Position numbers and translations under genes: made by a program
The notes under the pieces: model-generated
The model's input: only the letters and a program-made list of their open reading frames with translations
What the model was told of the DNA's origin: nothing
The model's database searches: none
NCBI GenBank assembly: GCA_964456195.1
Contig: CAYVZR010000001.1
Location: forward strand, 17,591 to 81,590
DNA: 64,000 nucleotides
Direction: 5' to 3'
Source of the DNA: an uncultured Candidatus Izemoplasmatales bacterium
GTDB taxonomy: Bacteria > Bacillota_I > Bacilli_A > Izemoplasmatales > Izemoplasmataceae
Shown: positions 36,826 through 47,425 of the stretch, piece by piece
Numbering within the stretch: position 1 is the first letter of the stretch
Layout: the number at the start of each line of letters is the position of its first letter

Positions 36826-38478
36826 CTACATTTTATTTGGTGCACTAACTCCAACTAAAGATAATGCATCTTTAAGTACAGTTTTTGTAGCATTTAGCAG
36901 CGATAGTCTTTCCATTGTCTTTAACTGGTCACTACTAATTACTTGTTCGTCATTATAGAAACTATGAAATGCACTTGCAAGATTTTGAACATAATTTGTG
37001 ATTTTATGCGGTGCTCTTTGCAACGCTGCTTGCTTAATTGTGATAGGATAATTTACTAAAATTTGAATCAAATCAAAAGTTTTTTTACCTGATAAAGTTG
37101 TGAATTTACTAGGCAAGTTTTCGATGTCAAATCCTTTAGTTTTTGCAGCAACAAATATACTATTAATTCTTGCATGTGCGTATTGTGAGTAATATACAGG
37201 ATTTTCATTTGTTTGTCTTAATGCCAAGTCCAAGTCTAAATCCATTTGAGTATTTAGACTTCTCATTGCAAAGAAGTAACGAATTGGATCCACTCCAACT
37301 TCATCAATAATATCTCTTAAAGTAATAGCTTTACCACTTCTTTTAGACATTTTAACCTCTTCGCCATCCTGAATTACTTTTACCATCTGGAGAATTTCCA
37401 CTTCTAAAAGGTCGCTTTTTCCTCCAACCATTTCAATTGAAGCTTTTAATCGATCAATATATCCATGGTGATCTCCACCTAAAATATCAATTAACTTTGT
37501 ATATCCTCTATCAAGTTTATCTTTATGATATGCAATATCGGGAGCCAAATAAGTGAATGTTGAATCACTTTTAATAATAACTCTATCTTTTTCGTCATTA
37601 TACTTACTAGTTTTAAGCCACAAAGCTCCATCTAACTCATATGTAAAGTCATGTTTAGTAAGATAAGCAATTGTTTGATTAACAAGATCTTTATCATATA
37701 GTGATTTTTCGCTAAACCATACATCAAAAGTTACACCAAAATCACTTAGGTCTTTTTTTAATACTTCAAGAAGAGATTTTACACCATATTCCTTGAAGAA
37801 ATCATAGCTATCTTCCTTTAAGTATTTGTCACCATATAGGGATTTGAGCATTTCTGCAGCTTTAATAATTTCAGCACCATAATATCCATCTTTAGGCATT
37901 TCTATTTCAATGTTAAACAGTTGCTTATATCTAGCATCAATACTCAACGCTAAATTATGGATTTGATTTCCAGCATCATTAACATAATATTCTTTTGTAA
38001 CATCAAATCCAGCCTTCTTCATTATTCTACTTATAGAATCTCCAGCTGATGCACCTCTTGCGTGTCCAATGTGAAGGCTTCCTGTAGGATTTACACTAAC
38101 AAATTCTATATTGTAATGTTCGCCCTCACCTAAATCCAAATTACCATAATCAGAACCTTTATCATTAATTACAGATATAATATTAGAAAGAAAAGATTTA
38201 TCCAGGTAAAGATTGATAAACCCTGGTTTTGCAATCTTTATTTCTGTAACAAACAAATCTTTCTGATTAAATAGTTTAACAATCTCTTCAGCGATACTGA
38301 AGGGAGATTTTCTTGCTACTCTAGCTAATTTCATGGCCACGTTAGTTGAATAATCACCATTATCATTTCCTTTTGGAACTTCTAATTCTATATTGAAATC
38401 CTCGGAATAATAACCTAGATTGACCAGCACATTTTTAAATTCATTCTTAATTTGATTTACTAGAAATTGTATATCCAT
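36826..38478 (-). CDS. argS: Arginyl-tRNA synthetase
   Basis: 550 aa. Class I HIGH motif (NPTGSLHIGHARG) and KMSKRSG. Confidence 0.95.
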   Translation of the reverse strand: MDIQFLVNQIKNEFKNVLVNLGYYSEDFNIELEVPKGNDNGDYSTNVAMKLARVARKSPFSIAEEIVKLFNQKDLFVTEIKIAKPGFINLYLDKSFLSNIISVINDKGSDYGNLDLGEGEHYNIEFVSVNPTGSLHIGHARGASAGDSISRIMKKAGFDVTKEYYVNDAGNQIHNLALSIDARYKQLFNIEIEMPKDGYYGAEIIKAAEMLKSLYGDKYLKEDSYDFFKEYGVKSLLEVLKKDLSDFGVTFDVWFSEKSLYDKDLVNQTIAYLTKHDFTYELDGALWLKTSKYNDEKDRVIIKSDSTFTYLAPDIAYHKDKLDRGYTKLIDILGGDHHGYIDRLKASIEMVGGKSDLLEVEILQMVKVIQDGEEVKMSKRSGKAITLRDIIDEVGVDPIRYFFAMRSLNTQMDLDLDLALRQTNENPVYYSQYAHARINSIFVAAKTKGFDIENLPSKFTTLSGKKTFDLIQILVNYPITIKQAALQRAPHKITNYVQNLASAFHSFYNDEQVISSDQLKTMERLSLLNATKTVLKDALSLVGVSAPNKM

Positions 38479-38487
38479 ACTGCACCT

Positions 38488-39312
38488 CTACTTATTAAAT
38501 TTTAAACTAATATCCATTGATTTATACGAATGTGTTAATGCTCCTACACTAATAAAATCAACTCCAGTTTGAGCCACTTCTTTAATTCTACTTAAAACCA
38601 TATTACCACTTGCTTCAAGAAGTTTGCCTGAATTTTTAGCAACACATTCCTTCATTAAATCGTTATTCATGTTATCTAACATGATAATATCACATTCAGT
38701 TTTTGAAGCTTCAATAAATTGGTCAATAGATTCAACTTCAACTTCAATTCTGATATTTTGGTCAATTTTACTTTTGATAATTCTGACTGCTTTGTCTATT
38801 GAGCCAGCACTTTTTATGTGATTATCCTTAATCATGACTTGATCACTAAGTGAAAATCTATGATTAATTCCACCACCGTGAACTACTGCCATTTTTTCTA
38901 AAATTCTTAGATTTGGTGTAGTTTTACGTGTATCTAATATTTTAGTATGATTGTTTCCAACCTCTCTAACAAATAAATTAGTTAAGGAAGCAATCCCACT
39001 CATCCTTTGCAATAAGTTTAGAGCTACTCTTTCGCCCTTTAAAATTGATGAGGTTCTACCGCTAATTATAGCAATAATCTCTCCTTTATCTACAAATATA
39101 CCATCACTGTTTAGAACTTTAATAATAATTGAAGCATCCAAAATTTCAAACACTTTTTTCATTACTTCTACACCACTAAGAACTCCAGGTTCTTTTGCGA
39201 TAAAAACACCTTCACTAATTTCATCTGTAAATAAGTTATCAGTTGTAACATCAATAGTTGGTATATCTTCTTTTAAAGCATCTTTAATAATCTTAATAAT
39301 TCTTTCATCCAT
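38488..39312 (-). CDS. nadC: Nicotinate-nucleotide pyrophosphorylase (quinolinate phosphoribosyltransferase)
   Basis: QPRTase pattern (LDTRKTTPNLR, HRFSLSD.VMIKDNH). The likely start is ATG 39312, after GGTGA; the track uses GTG 39321. Confidence 0.85.
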   Translation of the reverse strand: MDERIIKIIKDALKEDIPTIDVTTDNLFTDEISEGVFIAKEPGVLSGVEVMKKVFEILDASIIIKVLNSDGIFVDKGEIIAIISGRTSSILKGERVALNLLQRMSGIASLTNLFVREVGNNHTKILDTRKTTPNLRILEKMAVVHGGGINHRFSLSDQVMIKDNHIKSAGSIDKAVRIIKSKIDQNIRIEVEVESIDQFIEASKTECDIIMLDNMNNDLMKECVAKNSGKLLEASGNMVLSRIKEVAQTGVDFISVGALTHSYKSMDISLKFNK

Positions 39313-39317
39313 TTCTA

Positions 39318-40409
39318 TCACCTCAATTTAAGATCAAGCTGTTCAAATGAGAGTTTATTGTTATTACTCTTGACCAATTTTATCCACTTTGCACTTCGAC
39401 CTTTTCCAAGTGGTCGAATCATTTCATCATCCCTTAATCTCTTTAAAGTTCTATTAATTGTAGAGTCAGAAATATATGGATGTATATTTCTGATATCATC
39501 TTTACTAAATACATCTGGTAGCTTAGTAATTGTATTTTCAACATTATTTGATTTATTAAGTTGACTATCATATTCATAATCACGTATCAAACCATTAATT
39601 TCGTCATATGCAAATGTTGATATTTTTAATATAAAACGGTGTAAAGGAAGAACTTGACTAAATCCTTCAGTCCAGTTGAATGAGGCATTTCGAACTTCAG
39701 AATCAAACTCAATTTTGTTTTTTAATATTAGTTCCATGAAGCTAATATATTCAAAAACTTCAAAGGAATTGGTTAATAATAAAATATAGAGTAAAAGCAA
39801 TCCTATTTCAGTATTCTTCTCTTCAAAAGGAGCTATATTTATAAAATCAATATAGAAGTTTTCGATAATAAATGATATTTCATATCTGTTTTCCTTAATT
39901 TTTTCTTTGTACAATGTTATTAAATCTTCAAGACTCTCTCTCTTTGACATATAATTGCCACTTAAAAGGCTGATCTTGTTTGATTTTCTTGCGACTTTCT
40001 TATATTGAATTTTGTTATCAGAAAGTATGTCTTTATATAAGAATTTTAGCAAGTCGAAAATCTCATTTGGCAAAAGCTCAAATGTAGAGATGTCTTTGTG
40101 AATTTTTGTAAATGCTTTTTTTAAATTTAAAATAAATCGTTCATCTTTATTTTTCGGCATAACGTCTTTGTAAATCAGTGACTTTAACCTAGCATCAGTT
40201 ACACTAATAGAACATATTTTGGTAAAAAAATGCGTATCGTTATTGATTGTTTGTCGCACCATTACTTGATAATCAGAACTCAAAGTCTCATGGTTATAGT
40301 GATTTATCCCAATTGACTTATATAAGTTAATATAAGTCATGATAACATCATGAGGAACTTGTGTTCTATTCAAATTTGTTAAGCAATTCATATTTACCAC
40401 CTCAAACAT
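39318..40409 (-). CDS. Fic-fold protein with a degenerate active-site motif and a C-terminal winged-HTH-like region
   Basis: FYIDFINIAPFEEKNTEIGLLLLY aligns to the Fic core (f..IHPFxDGNGRxxRLL), with H replaced by A and DGNGR replaced by EKNTE. The C-terminal TINRTLKRLRDDEMIRPLGKGRSAKW is like Fic-associated wHTH regions. Confidence 0.5.
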   Translation of the reverse strand: MFEVVNMNCLTNLNRTQVPHDVIMTYINLYKSIGINHYNHETLSSDYQVMVRQTINNDTHFFTKICSISVTDARLKSLIYKDVMPKNKDERFILNLKKAFTKIHKDISTFELLPNEIFDLLKFLYKDILSDNKIQYKKVARKSNKISLLSGNYMSKRESLEDLITLYKEKIKENRYEISFIIENFYIDFINIAPFEEKNTEIGLLLLYILLLTNSFEVFEYISFMELILKNKIEFDSEVRNASFNWTEGFSQVLPLHRFILKISTFAYDEINGLIRDYEYDSQLNKSNNVENTITKLPDVFSKDDIRNIHPYISDSTINRTLKRLRDDEMIRPLGKGRSAKWIKLVKSNNNKLSFEQLDLKLR

Positions 40410-40531
40410 AACATTTACAGTTCTATTTTACTATATTTATGGTATTTTTCCAAATTAATAACACATTATTATGGTCATTTGTGTTTTATTTGAATATATT
40501 AAATATAAAAAGCAGCGTTAGCTACTTTTTA

Positions 40532-43042
40532 TTAAAATAATTTTTGTTGAATTAAATCTATATCTTTCTCTTTTTTGTACTCACTAATATTAGGAATTAG
40601 TGGATCAATTTCTAATTCTTCAATATTGATAAACAGTGGTTTTCCAAGTTTTGGCTTAACAAATGTTTTACCAGTAACAGTTTTATCAGTTTTTATATCA
40701 AATGCATTTAGTTCAACTAACATTTGTGTTGTATTTATCATGATTTTTGCACGATTCTTATATTGAGTTGAGTTCATTAAACACAAATCAACAACTTTAT
40801 AAGGATTTGACTTAACATCTTTGTATAATTTTGTACCTTTATTAGTTCTTCTTTTTCTAGGTACAACATCTAAATCAATTCTCTTAATTGTTCCTCTATG
40901 TGTTAAAACTAGTAAATCATGAAAATCTTTTAATACAATTCCAGCTGCAAGTTTCTGCTTTGGATTCAAATTAAGACCTTTAACACCTTTAGCAGTTGTT
41001 GAAGTAACAGAAATTTCTTCTAAACTGAATTTCAGTGCAGTACCTTTTGTAGTTACAATTAGCAATTCATTGTCTATTGAGTCAGTAACATCTACTGATA
41101 CTACTAAATCTCCTTTATTCAAATTGATTGCTTTTATAGTTTTTGAATATCTTGAAACATTAAAATCTTCAAGTTTTGTTAACTTAATTAGATTATTTTT
41201 AGTTACAAAAACTAAGTGTTTATCTTCTTTAAAGTTTCTAACATGTATAATTTTTATAATTTTCTCATCTTGCTCAAGCTGAACAATATTATTAATATGT
41301 GTTCCTAAATCTTTCCATTTTGATTCAAGCACTTTGAATACTGGAAGATATATATAATTACCTCTGTCAGTAAATATTAAAACAGTATCAAGAGTTGAAA
41401 CTTCTTTAACAAGTAACATTGAATCATTTTCTTTAACATTAGGCTTATCTGTTGCTTTGAAAGATCTAAGTGATGATCTTTTTACATAGCCTTCTCTTGA
41501 TATTCCTAATACAGCTTGTTCATCTAATACAAGTTCTTCCTCTAAGATAGTTATTTTCTCTATTTCCAATTGTAATTCTGACTTTCTAGGAGTAGACAAT
41601 TTTCTACTTACTACCTTTAGTTCAGCCTTAATTATATTTTGAAGGTCTTCTTCATTATGAAGAATTAAATCTAATTGATGAATTTGTTCATCTAGTTTCT
41701 TTTGTTCCTTTTGTAGTTCAGTTATATCTGTACTTGATAATCTATAAAGTTGCAAAGTAACTATTGCCTCAGATTGTTCTTCAGTAAACTTGAATTTCTT
41801 CATCAATCTATTTTTTGCATCTCTTTTATTTTTTGAAGCTCTGATTAATGCGATTACTTCATCAAGAATATCCATCATTTTGATAATTCCTACTACAATA
41901 TGTAATCTCTTTTGAGCTCTTCTAAGTTCATAATTTGATCTATTTGTAGTGACTTCTTTTTGATGTAAGATATATGCATCAATTATAGGTAAAACTCCCA
42001 TCAACATTGGTCTCTTGTTACTTATGGCAACCATGTTGTAGTTATAAGATTTAGATAAGTCTGTTTTTTTATGGAGGAAAGATAATATAAATTCAGGATT
42101 AAATCCTTTTTTTATATCAATTGCAATTCTTAACCCTTCTCTATCTGATTCATCTCTTACTTCAGCTATTCCATCGATTCCTTTTTTAATTCTAATATCA
42201 TCGATTTTTCTAACTAATGTTGCTTTGTTAACTTCATAAGGAATTTCAGTAACGATAATTGATTGATCAATAACCTCGCATCTAGATTTCATTATTACTC
42301 TACCTTTACCAGTTTCAAAGGCTTGTCTAATTTGGTCTTTCCCTTGAACAATGGCTCCAGTAGGGAAATCTGGTCCCTTAACAATTTTTAAAAGGTCGTC
42401 AGTTGTCATGTTAGGATTATCAATTCTGCTTATAACAGCTTTAACAATTTCACGTAAATTATGTGGTGGAATATCTGTTGCATAACCTGCTGCAATACCT
42501 GTAGCACCATTAACAAGTAAGTTAGGATATCTTGCTGGAAGTACAGTAGGTTCATATTCTTCATCATCAAAATTGGGAATGAAATCAACTGTTCTCTTCT
42601 CGATGTCTTTCAATAATACTTCACTTGAAGTACTCATTCTTGCTTCTGTATATCTCATTGCTGCAGCGCTATCACCATCAATAGAACCATTATTACCGTG
42701 CATATCTATTAATAGATTTCTTATTTTCCAAGGTTGTGACAATCTTACCATTGCATCGTAAACTGAAGTATCACCATGAGGGTGATACTTACCAATTACG
42801 TCACCGACTATTCTTGCAGATTTTTTATATGGTTTGTCACTAAACATTCCTAGTTTATACATTGAAAATAGAATTCTTCTTTGAACTGGTTTTAATCCAT
42901 CTCTAACATCAGGTAAAGCTCTTTCTTGAATAATGTATTTTGAGTAACGGCCAAATCTTTCTCCAACAATATCTTCCAAATTTTCAATTGATATTTTTTC
43001 ATCAACAAATTTATTAATGTCTTCTATTATATTTTTAGCCAT
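40532..43042 (-). CDS. parC: DNA topoisomerase IV subunit A
   Basis: 836 aa. Active-site AAMRYTEARM. I saw no GyrA-box (QRRGGKG). The order is parE-parC next to plsY, as in B. subtilis. Confidence 0.85.
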   Translation of the reverse strand: MAKNIIEDINKFVDEKISIENLEDIVGERFGRYSKYIIQERALPDVRDGLKPVQRRILFSMYKLGMFSDKPYKKSARIVGDVIGKYHPHGDTSVYDAMVRLSQPWKIRNLLIDMHGNNGSIDGDSAAAMRYTEARMSTSSEVLLKDIEKRTVDFIPNFDDEEYEPTVLPARYPNLLVNGATGIAAGYATDIPPHNLREIVKAVISRIDNPNMTTDDLLKIVKGPDFPTGAIVQGKDQIRQAFETGKGRVIMKSRCEVIDQSIIVTEIPYEVNKATLVRKIDDIRIKKGIDGIAEVRDESDREGLRIAIDIKKGFNPEFILSFLHKKTDLSKSYNYNMVAISNKRPMLMGVLPIIDAYILHQKEVTTNRSNYELRRAQKRLHIVVGIIKMMDILDEVIALIRASKNKRDAKNRLMKKFKFTEEQSEAIVTLQLYRLSSTDITELQKEQKKLDEQIHQLDLILHNEEDLQNIIKAELKVVSRKLSTPRKSELQLEIEKITILEEELVLDEQAVLGISREGYVKRSSLRSFKATDKPNVKENDSMLLVKEVSTLDTVLIFTDRGNYIYLPVFKVLESKWKDLGTHINNIVQLEQDEKIIKIIHVRNFKEDKHLVFVTKNNLIKLTKLEDFNVSRYSKTIKAINLNKGDLVVSVDVTDSIDNELLIVTTKGTALKFSLEEISVTSTTAKGVKGLNLNPKQKLAAGIVLKDFHDLLVLTHRGTIKRIDLDVVPRKRRTNKGTKLYKDVKSNPYKVVDLCLMNSTQYKNRAKIMINTTQMLVELNAFDIKTDKTVTGKTFVKPKLGKPLFINIEELEIDPLIPNISEYKKEKDIDLIQQKLF

Positions 43043-43044
43043 GT

Positions 43045-44976
43045 TTAGTTCCCAATCACAAAGTCATCTTCACTACCGAATTCAACATTTGCTTCAATCC
43101 AGTCGCGTCTAGGTTCAACTTTGTCTCCCATTAGTATAGTAATTCTTTGATCTGCATCAGCGAGATCATCTACATTAACTTGAATAAGTGTTCTTGTTAA
43201 TGGGTCCATTGTAGTATCCCATAACTGATTTGCATTCATTTCACCAAGTCCTTTGAATCTTTGAATAGAAGTATTTTTGTATTCTCCAGTTATTCTATTA
43301 AGATCCTCCTCAGTCCATGCATATTCAAATACTGTTTTACTTTTTACTTTTCTAGATACCTTATACAGTGGAGGAAGAGCGATATAGACTTTCCCAGCTT
43401 CTACTAATTCTCGCATATATCTAAAGAAAAATGTAAGAAGAAGTACTTGGATATGAGCACCATCTGTGTCGGCATCGGTCATAATTATTACTTTTGCATA
43501 GTTACATTTATCAATATTAAAATCAGGACCAAGTCCCGCACCAATTGTATGTATTATAGTATTTATTTCTTCATTTTTAAGAACGTCTTCAATTTTTGCT
43601 TTTTCAGTATTAATAACTTTCCCTCTTAGAGGTAGTATTGCTTGAAATTTTCTATCACGGCCTTGTTTAGCACTTCCTCCTGCACTATCTCCCTCAACTA
43701 AGTATAGTTCATTTCTTTTTGGGTTCTTCGATTGTGCTGGAGATAACTTTCCAGATAGATTTATTTCAACTTTGCTTTTACGTTTTTCTAAACGTGCTTC
43801 TTCTCTTGCTTTTCTCGCTGCATCTCTTGCATTAGATGCTTTAAGTGATTTTTCGATAAGAGTATATGTTAAATTATTATTTTCTTCAAAGAAATAAGTC
43901 ATTTTTTCTGATACTACTTGTTCAACTGCAGTTCTTGCATCAGGTGTTCCTAATTTATTTTTTGTTTGTCCTTCAAATTGTAGAAGATTTTCAGGAATTC
44001 TTACAGACAATATAGTTGTAAGTCCTTCTCTTATATCTGCACCTTCTAGTTTTTTACCATTTTTTATTAATCCTATTTTTTGACCATATTCATTAAATAG
44101 CTTAGTTAAAGCAGATTTAAATCCTGTCTCATGATTTCCACCATCTTTAGTTCTTACATTATTTACGAATGAAATCAACTGATCAGTATAAGAATTTGTG
44201 AATTGAAAAGCTACTTCCACTTCAATGTCATGAGCAGTCCCTTCGAAAAATCTAGGTTCATGTATTGCAGTTTTTTTTGAATTTATAAAATCAATATAAG
44301 ATATTATACCATCTTCATATTGGAATATTTCTTGTGTTTTTGAACGTTCATCATTAAGAATTACTTTTAGTCCTTTAAGTAAAAAGGCACTTTCTCTCAA
44401 ACGTTCTACCATTGTTTGATAATTAAATACTGTAGTTGTAAAAATTGCAGAATCTGGTTTAAACCATACAGTTGTTCCAGTAGTTTTTGATTCACCAACC
44501 TCTTTAAGTTGAGAAACATTTTGTCCACCATTAGTAAATTTCATATTGTAGATCTTATTGTTTCTAAAAACAGTAACATCGACAAATTCACTTAAAGCAT
44601 TTACAACACTTGCACCTACACCATGAAGTCCACCAGATACTTTGTATCCACCAGCTTGTCCAAATTTACCACCTGCATGTAATTTTGTGTAAATGATTTC
44701 AATTGCACTCTTCCCACTTTTATGTAAATCAACTGGAACTCCACGACCATTATCTATAACAACAATACTATTATCTTCTTTGATAGTAACAGATATTTCG
44801 TCTCCGAAACCTGCTAAAACTTCATCAATAGCATTATCAACAATCTCCCATACTAAGTGATGGAGCCCTCTAGAGTCTGTACTACCTACATACATACCCG
44901 GTCTTTTTCTTACTGCTTCTAGCTCTTCAAGAATCGTTATCGACTCAGCATTATAAAATTCTAAGTTCTGTTCCAT
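43045..44976 (-). CDS. parE: DNA topoisomerase IV subunit B
   Basis: 643 aa. GHKL ATPase (GLHHLVWEIVDNAIDE), Toprim EGDSAGG and PLRGKVINTEKA. Confidence 0.85.
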   Translation of the reverse strand: MEQNLEFYNAESITILEELEAVRKRPGMYVGSTDSRGLHHLVWEIVDNAIDEVLAGFGDEISVTIKEDNSIVVIDNGRGVPVDLHKSGKSAIEIIYTKLHAGGKFGQAGGYKVSGGLHGVGASVVNALSEFVDVTVFRNNKIYNMKFTNGGQNVSQLKEVGESKTTGTTVWFKPDSAIFTTTVFNYQTMVERLRESAFLLKGLKVILNDERSKTQEIFQYEDGIISYIDFINSKKTAIHEPRFFEGTAHDIEVEVAFQFTNSYTDQLISFVNNVRTKDGGNHETGFKSALTKLFNEYGQKIGLIKNGKKLEGADIREGLTTILSVRIPENLLQFEGQTKNKLGTPDARTAVEQVVSEKMTYFFEENNNLTYTLIEKSLKASNARDAARKAREEARLEKRKSKVEINLSGKLSPAQSKNPKRNELYLVEGDSAGGSAKQGRDRKFQAILPLRGKVINTEKAKIEDVLKNEEINTIIHTIGAGLGPDFNIDKCNYAKVIIMTDADTDGAHIQVLLLTFFFRYMRELVEAGKVYIALPPLYKVSRKVKSKTVFEYAWTEEDLNRITGEYKNTSIQRFKGLGEMNANQLWDTTMDPLTRTLIQVNVDDLADADQRITILMGDKVEPRRDWIEANVEFGSEDDFVIGN

Positions 44977-45102
44977 CTCATATACACTTCCTATTCTGCT
45001 AACTACTTTATCTATTATATCAAAATGAATTTGGTTTTAATAGTGAAATATTTTTTTTATTATGGTACAATTGATTATAAATATCTATTTGAGGTGAAAT
45101 TT

Positions 45103-45699
45103 ATGGCATTTAAATATATACTTTTAGCAGTTTCTTATCTGATAGGAGCGATACCATTTTCCATAATTTTTGGCAAATTATTTAAGGGTATTGATGTACG
45201 TCATCATGGTAGTGGTAATCCAGGTGGAACTAACTCTTTAAGATTTTTAGGTGTTAGAGTTGGATTGTTAATAATATTTGGAGATATTCTTAAAGGAGCA
45301 ATAATAGTAATTTTGATTAGGGCTGGGGTATTTGATGATTATGAACTATTCCATCCACTAGCATACAGTTTTGTAGCAGCATTTGGTCATGCTTATTCAG
45401 TCTTTATTAAATTCAAAGGCGGAAAAGCTGTTGGGACTACATTTGGTGGAATTCTAGCATTTAATCCATGGATTGCATTAGTAGTTGCAATTGTTGGATC
45501 AATCACGCTAAAGACTACTAAATACGTTAGTGTTGGATCAACTTCAATAGCTTTAACATTTATTTTATGTGCATTGGTGATTGGAGATTACGAAGTCTTG
45601 CTTTTTGCAACTCTGTCAGCTGCTCTAATAATTTTTAGACACCAAAGTAATTATCGAAACATTAAAAATAAAGTTGAACCCAAAGTTAAATGGTTATAA
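45103..45699 (+). CDS. plsY: Glycerol-3-phosphate acyltransferase PlsY
   Basis: GAIPFS...HGSGNPGGTN motif. The start is taken at ATG 45103, after GAGGTG; the track ORF starts upstream at 45025. Confidence 0.9.
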   Translation: MAFKYILLAVSYLIGAIPFSIIFGKLFKGIDVRHHGSGNPGGTNSLRFLGVRVGLLIIFGDILKGAIIVILIRAGVFDDYELFHPLAYSFVAAFGHAYSVFIKFKGGKAVGTTFGGILAFNPWIALVVAIVGSITLKTTKYVSVGSTSIALTFILCALVIGDYEVLLFATLSAALIIFRHQSNYRNIKNKVEPKVKWL

Positions 45700-45702
45700 A
45701 AA

Positions 45703-45727
45703 AACGAAGAATTTTCTTCGTTTTTAT
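45703..45727 (+). terminator. plsY terminator
   Basis: Stem cgaaga/tcttcg followed by TTTTT. Confidence 0.75.
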
Positions 45728-46083
45728 TTTATAATATCTGTAGCAAATTGTTCAATAATTAATGACCATCAGTAAGCAATTACAATTGTACTCATAGATA
45801 TATTTAATTATTAATATGGTTATAATAATGTAAAATGTAAAATTTATAATAATATCTAATCAATAAATGTCCTATTCCATTATATTATATTTCTTGATAA
45901 ATTTGTATAAGCCTTTAAAAAAAGTACATTATAACCTATTACAATATTTTGCTGACTGTTTTATATATATAATAATTGTACTTTTGATATAGGCAGTTAT
46001 AATGATGAATTATTATATTATAGTTATTAAAAATTATACCTTTAAACTGATTAAATTAATTGACCATAATTAAGATAAATAAA

Positions 46084-46115
46084 AACCTCCAAAATTTGGA
46101 GGTAATTTTTATTTT
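46084..46115. terminator. Bidirectional terminator at the yneF 3' end
   Basis: Stem cctcc/ggagg (46086-46102) flanked by A- and T-runs. Confidence 0.6.
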
Positions 46116-46330
46116 GCTTGTTCCATTGATGCCATTACTTGTCTAACTTGTTTTTCAGAAGGTTTTCTTCCCATTTGCATCATCATAGCTCTAATCATAT
46201 TTTCATTTACTGGTGGGTTGTCTTTTAGGTATTTCTTAAAATATCTTTGTGATAAAAAGAATCCGATAATTGCTCCCACTAGTAAAGCTACTACTAATAA
46301 CACAATAAATAACCATATTGCCATTTCCAT
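46109..46330 (-). CDS. yneF: UPF0154 (YneF-family) small membrane protein
   Basis: 73 aa. An N-terminal TM helix followed by ...[25 protein letters not shown]..., which is typical of YneF. Confidence 0.75.
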   Translation of the reverse strand: MEMAIWLFIVLLVVALLVGAIIGFFLSQRYFKKYLKDNPPVNENMIRAMMMQMGRKPSEKQVRQVMASMEQAK

Positions 46331-46393
46331 AAAATCACTCCTTATTAAATCTCTATACTATTTTACAAGATATTTAGAATAAAAACAAGTTAA

Positions 46394-47257
46394 TTATTTT
46401 TTTCTTGTCTTGAAAAAAAGATATAGTAATACTGATGAATATGTATATTGAATTATAAATTGTATTACTTCTGGCTTTGAATACCATCCTATACTTGCGT
46501 ATAGTAATATCCCAGCTAATTCTTCTTTATGATTTAGAAAAGTACCTGATACATCAAACAGCTTAGTAAAGAGAATACTGTCATCACTTAACACTTGTTC
46601 TACTTTCAAAAATGATAGAAATTCATGTACTGAATACCCTAACATAAATCCAGCTTGAAGGATCAAGTAAACTAGTGTAATATTAAAAATTAACTTTAAA
46701 TTTACTTTGATTAAGGACTTGTAAATTAACACTACAAGTAGACTAGAAAATAATAACCCTAAAAGAGTACCAATAATGTAAGAATATGTATCTACTGAAG
46801 TGAAAACGAACAAAGTAATTTCAGCACCTTCTCTTGCAACCATTACTGCAGCAAGTAAGATAAGGCCAATCTTTGATATTGAACTATCCATTTTATTTCT
46901 AATTTCTGAAACTATCTTATGTCTATTTTTAATCATCCAATAAATAAACGTAGTAATTAAAATTAATGCTATAAAAGAACTGATAGATTCCCATAATTTT
47001 CCTATGTTACCCGATTTACCTATAATAGAAGATAAACCATACAATGCTCCACCAAAGAGCAAGGAAGCTACTATACCAACCTCTAGACCGGTATATACGT
47101 ACTTCTTATATTCTTTTTTATCACTTTTATTTAAATATTCTAACATAATAGCAATTATTAAGAAGGCTTCTAGTCCTTCTCTAAAACCCATAATTAACCC
47201 AGGAATTAAATCAATATTGAACAATATAATCATCCTCTCAAACATATTGTTTTCCAT
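46394..47257 (-). CDS. FTR1/EfeU-family high-affinity iron permease
   Basis: Two REGxE motifs (FREGLEAFL, AREGAEITL) in a 7-TM-like protein. Confidence 0.75.
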   Translation of the reverse strand: MENNMFERMIILFNIDLIPGLIMGFREGLEAFLIIAIMLEYLNKSDKKEYKKYVYTGLEVGIVASLLFGGALYGLSSIIGKSGNIGKLWESISSFIALILITTFIYWMIKNRHKIVSEIRNKMDSSISKIGLILLAAVMVAREGAEITLFVFTSVDTYSYIIGTLLGLLFSSLLVVLIYKSLIKVNLKLIFNITLVYLILQAGFMLGYSVHEFLSFLKVEQVLSDDSILFTKLFDVSGTFLNHKEELAGILLYASIGWYSKPEVIQFIIQYTYSSVLLYLFFKTRKK

Positions 47258-47425
47258 TTAGTAGGCATATACTAATTCAATTGCAAAAGTAAAGCAAGTA
47301 TAATTATATATTTTATAAATAAGGATTAATTTATTATAAAGTTTTTTAAAAATATGTTTACATTTATTATATAATCTAATACAATATATATGAGATTAAA
47401 AAGTCATTAAAGGAGGTACTACAAT

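Noticed and set aside
45815-45850. ATAATGTAAAATGTAAAAT resembles the XerD arm (TTATGTAAACT) of the Firmicute dif site, near parC/parE
   Set aside because: No matching XerC arm or 6-bp central region lies at the right distance. The similarity is limited to an AT-rich half-site.
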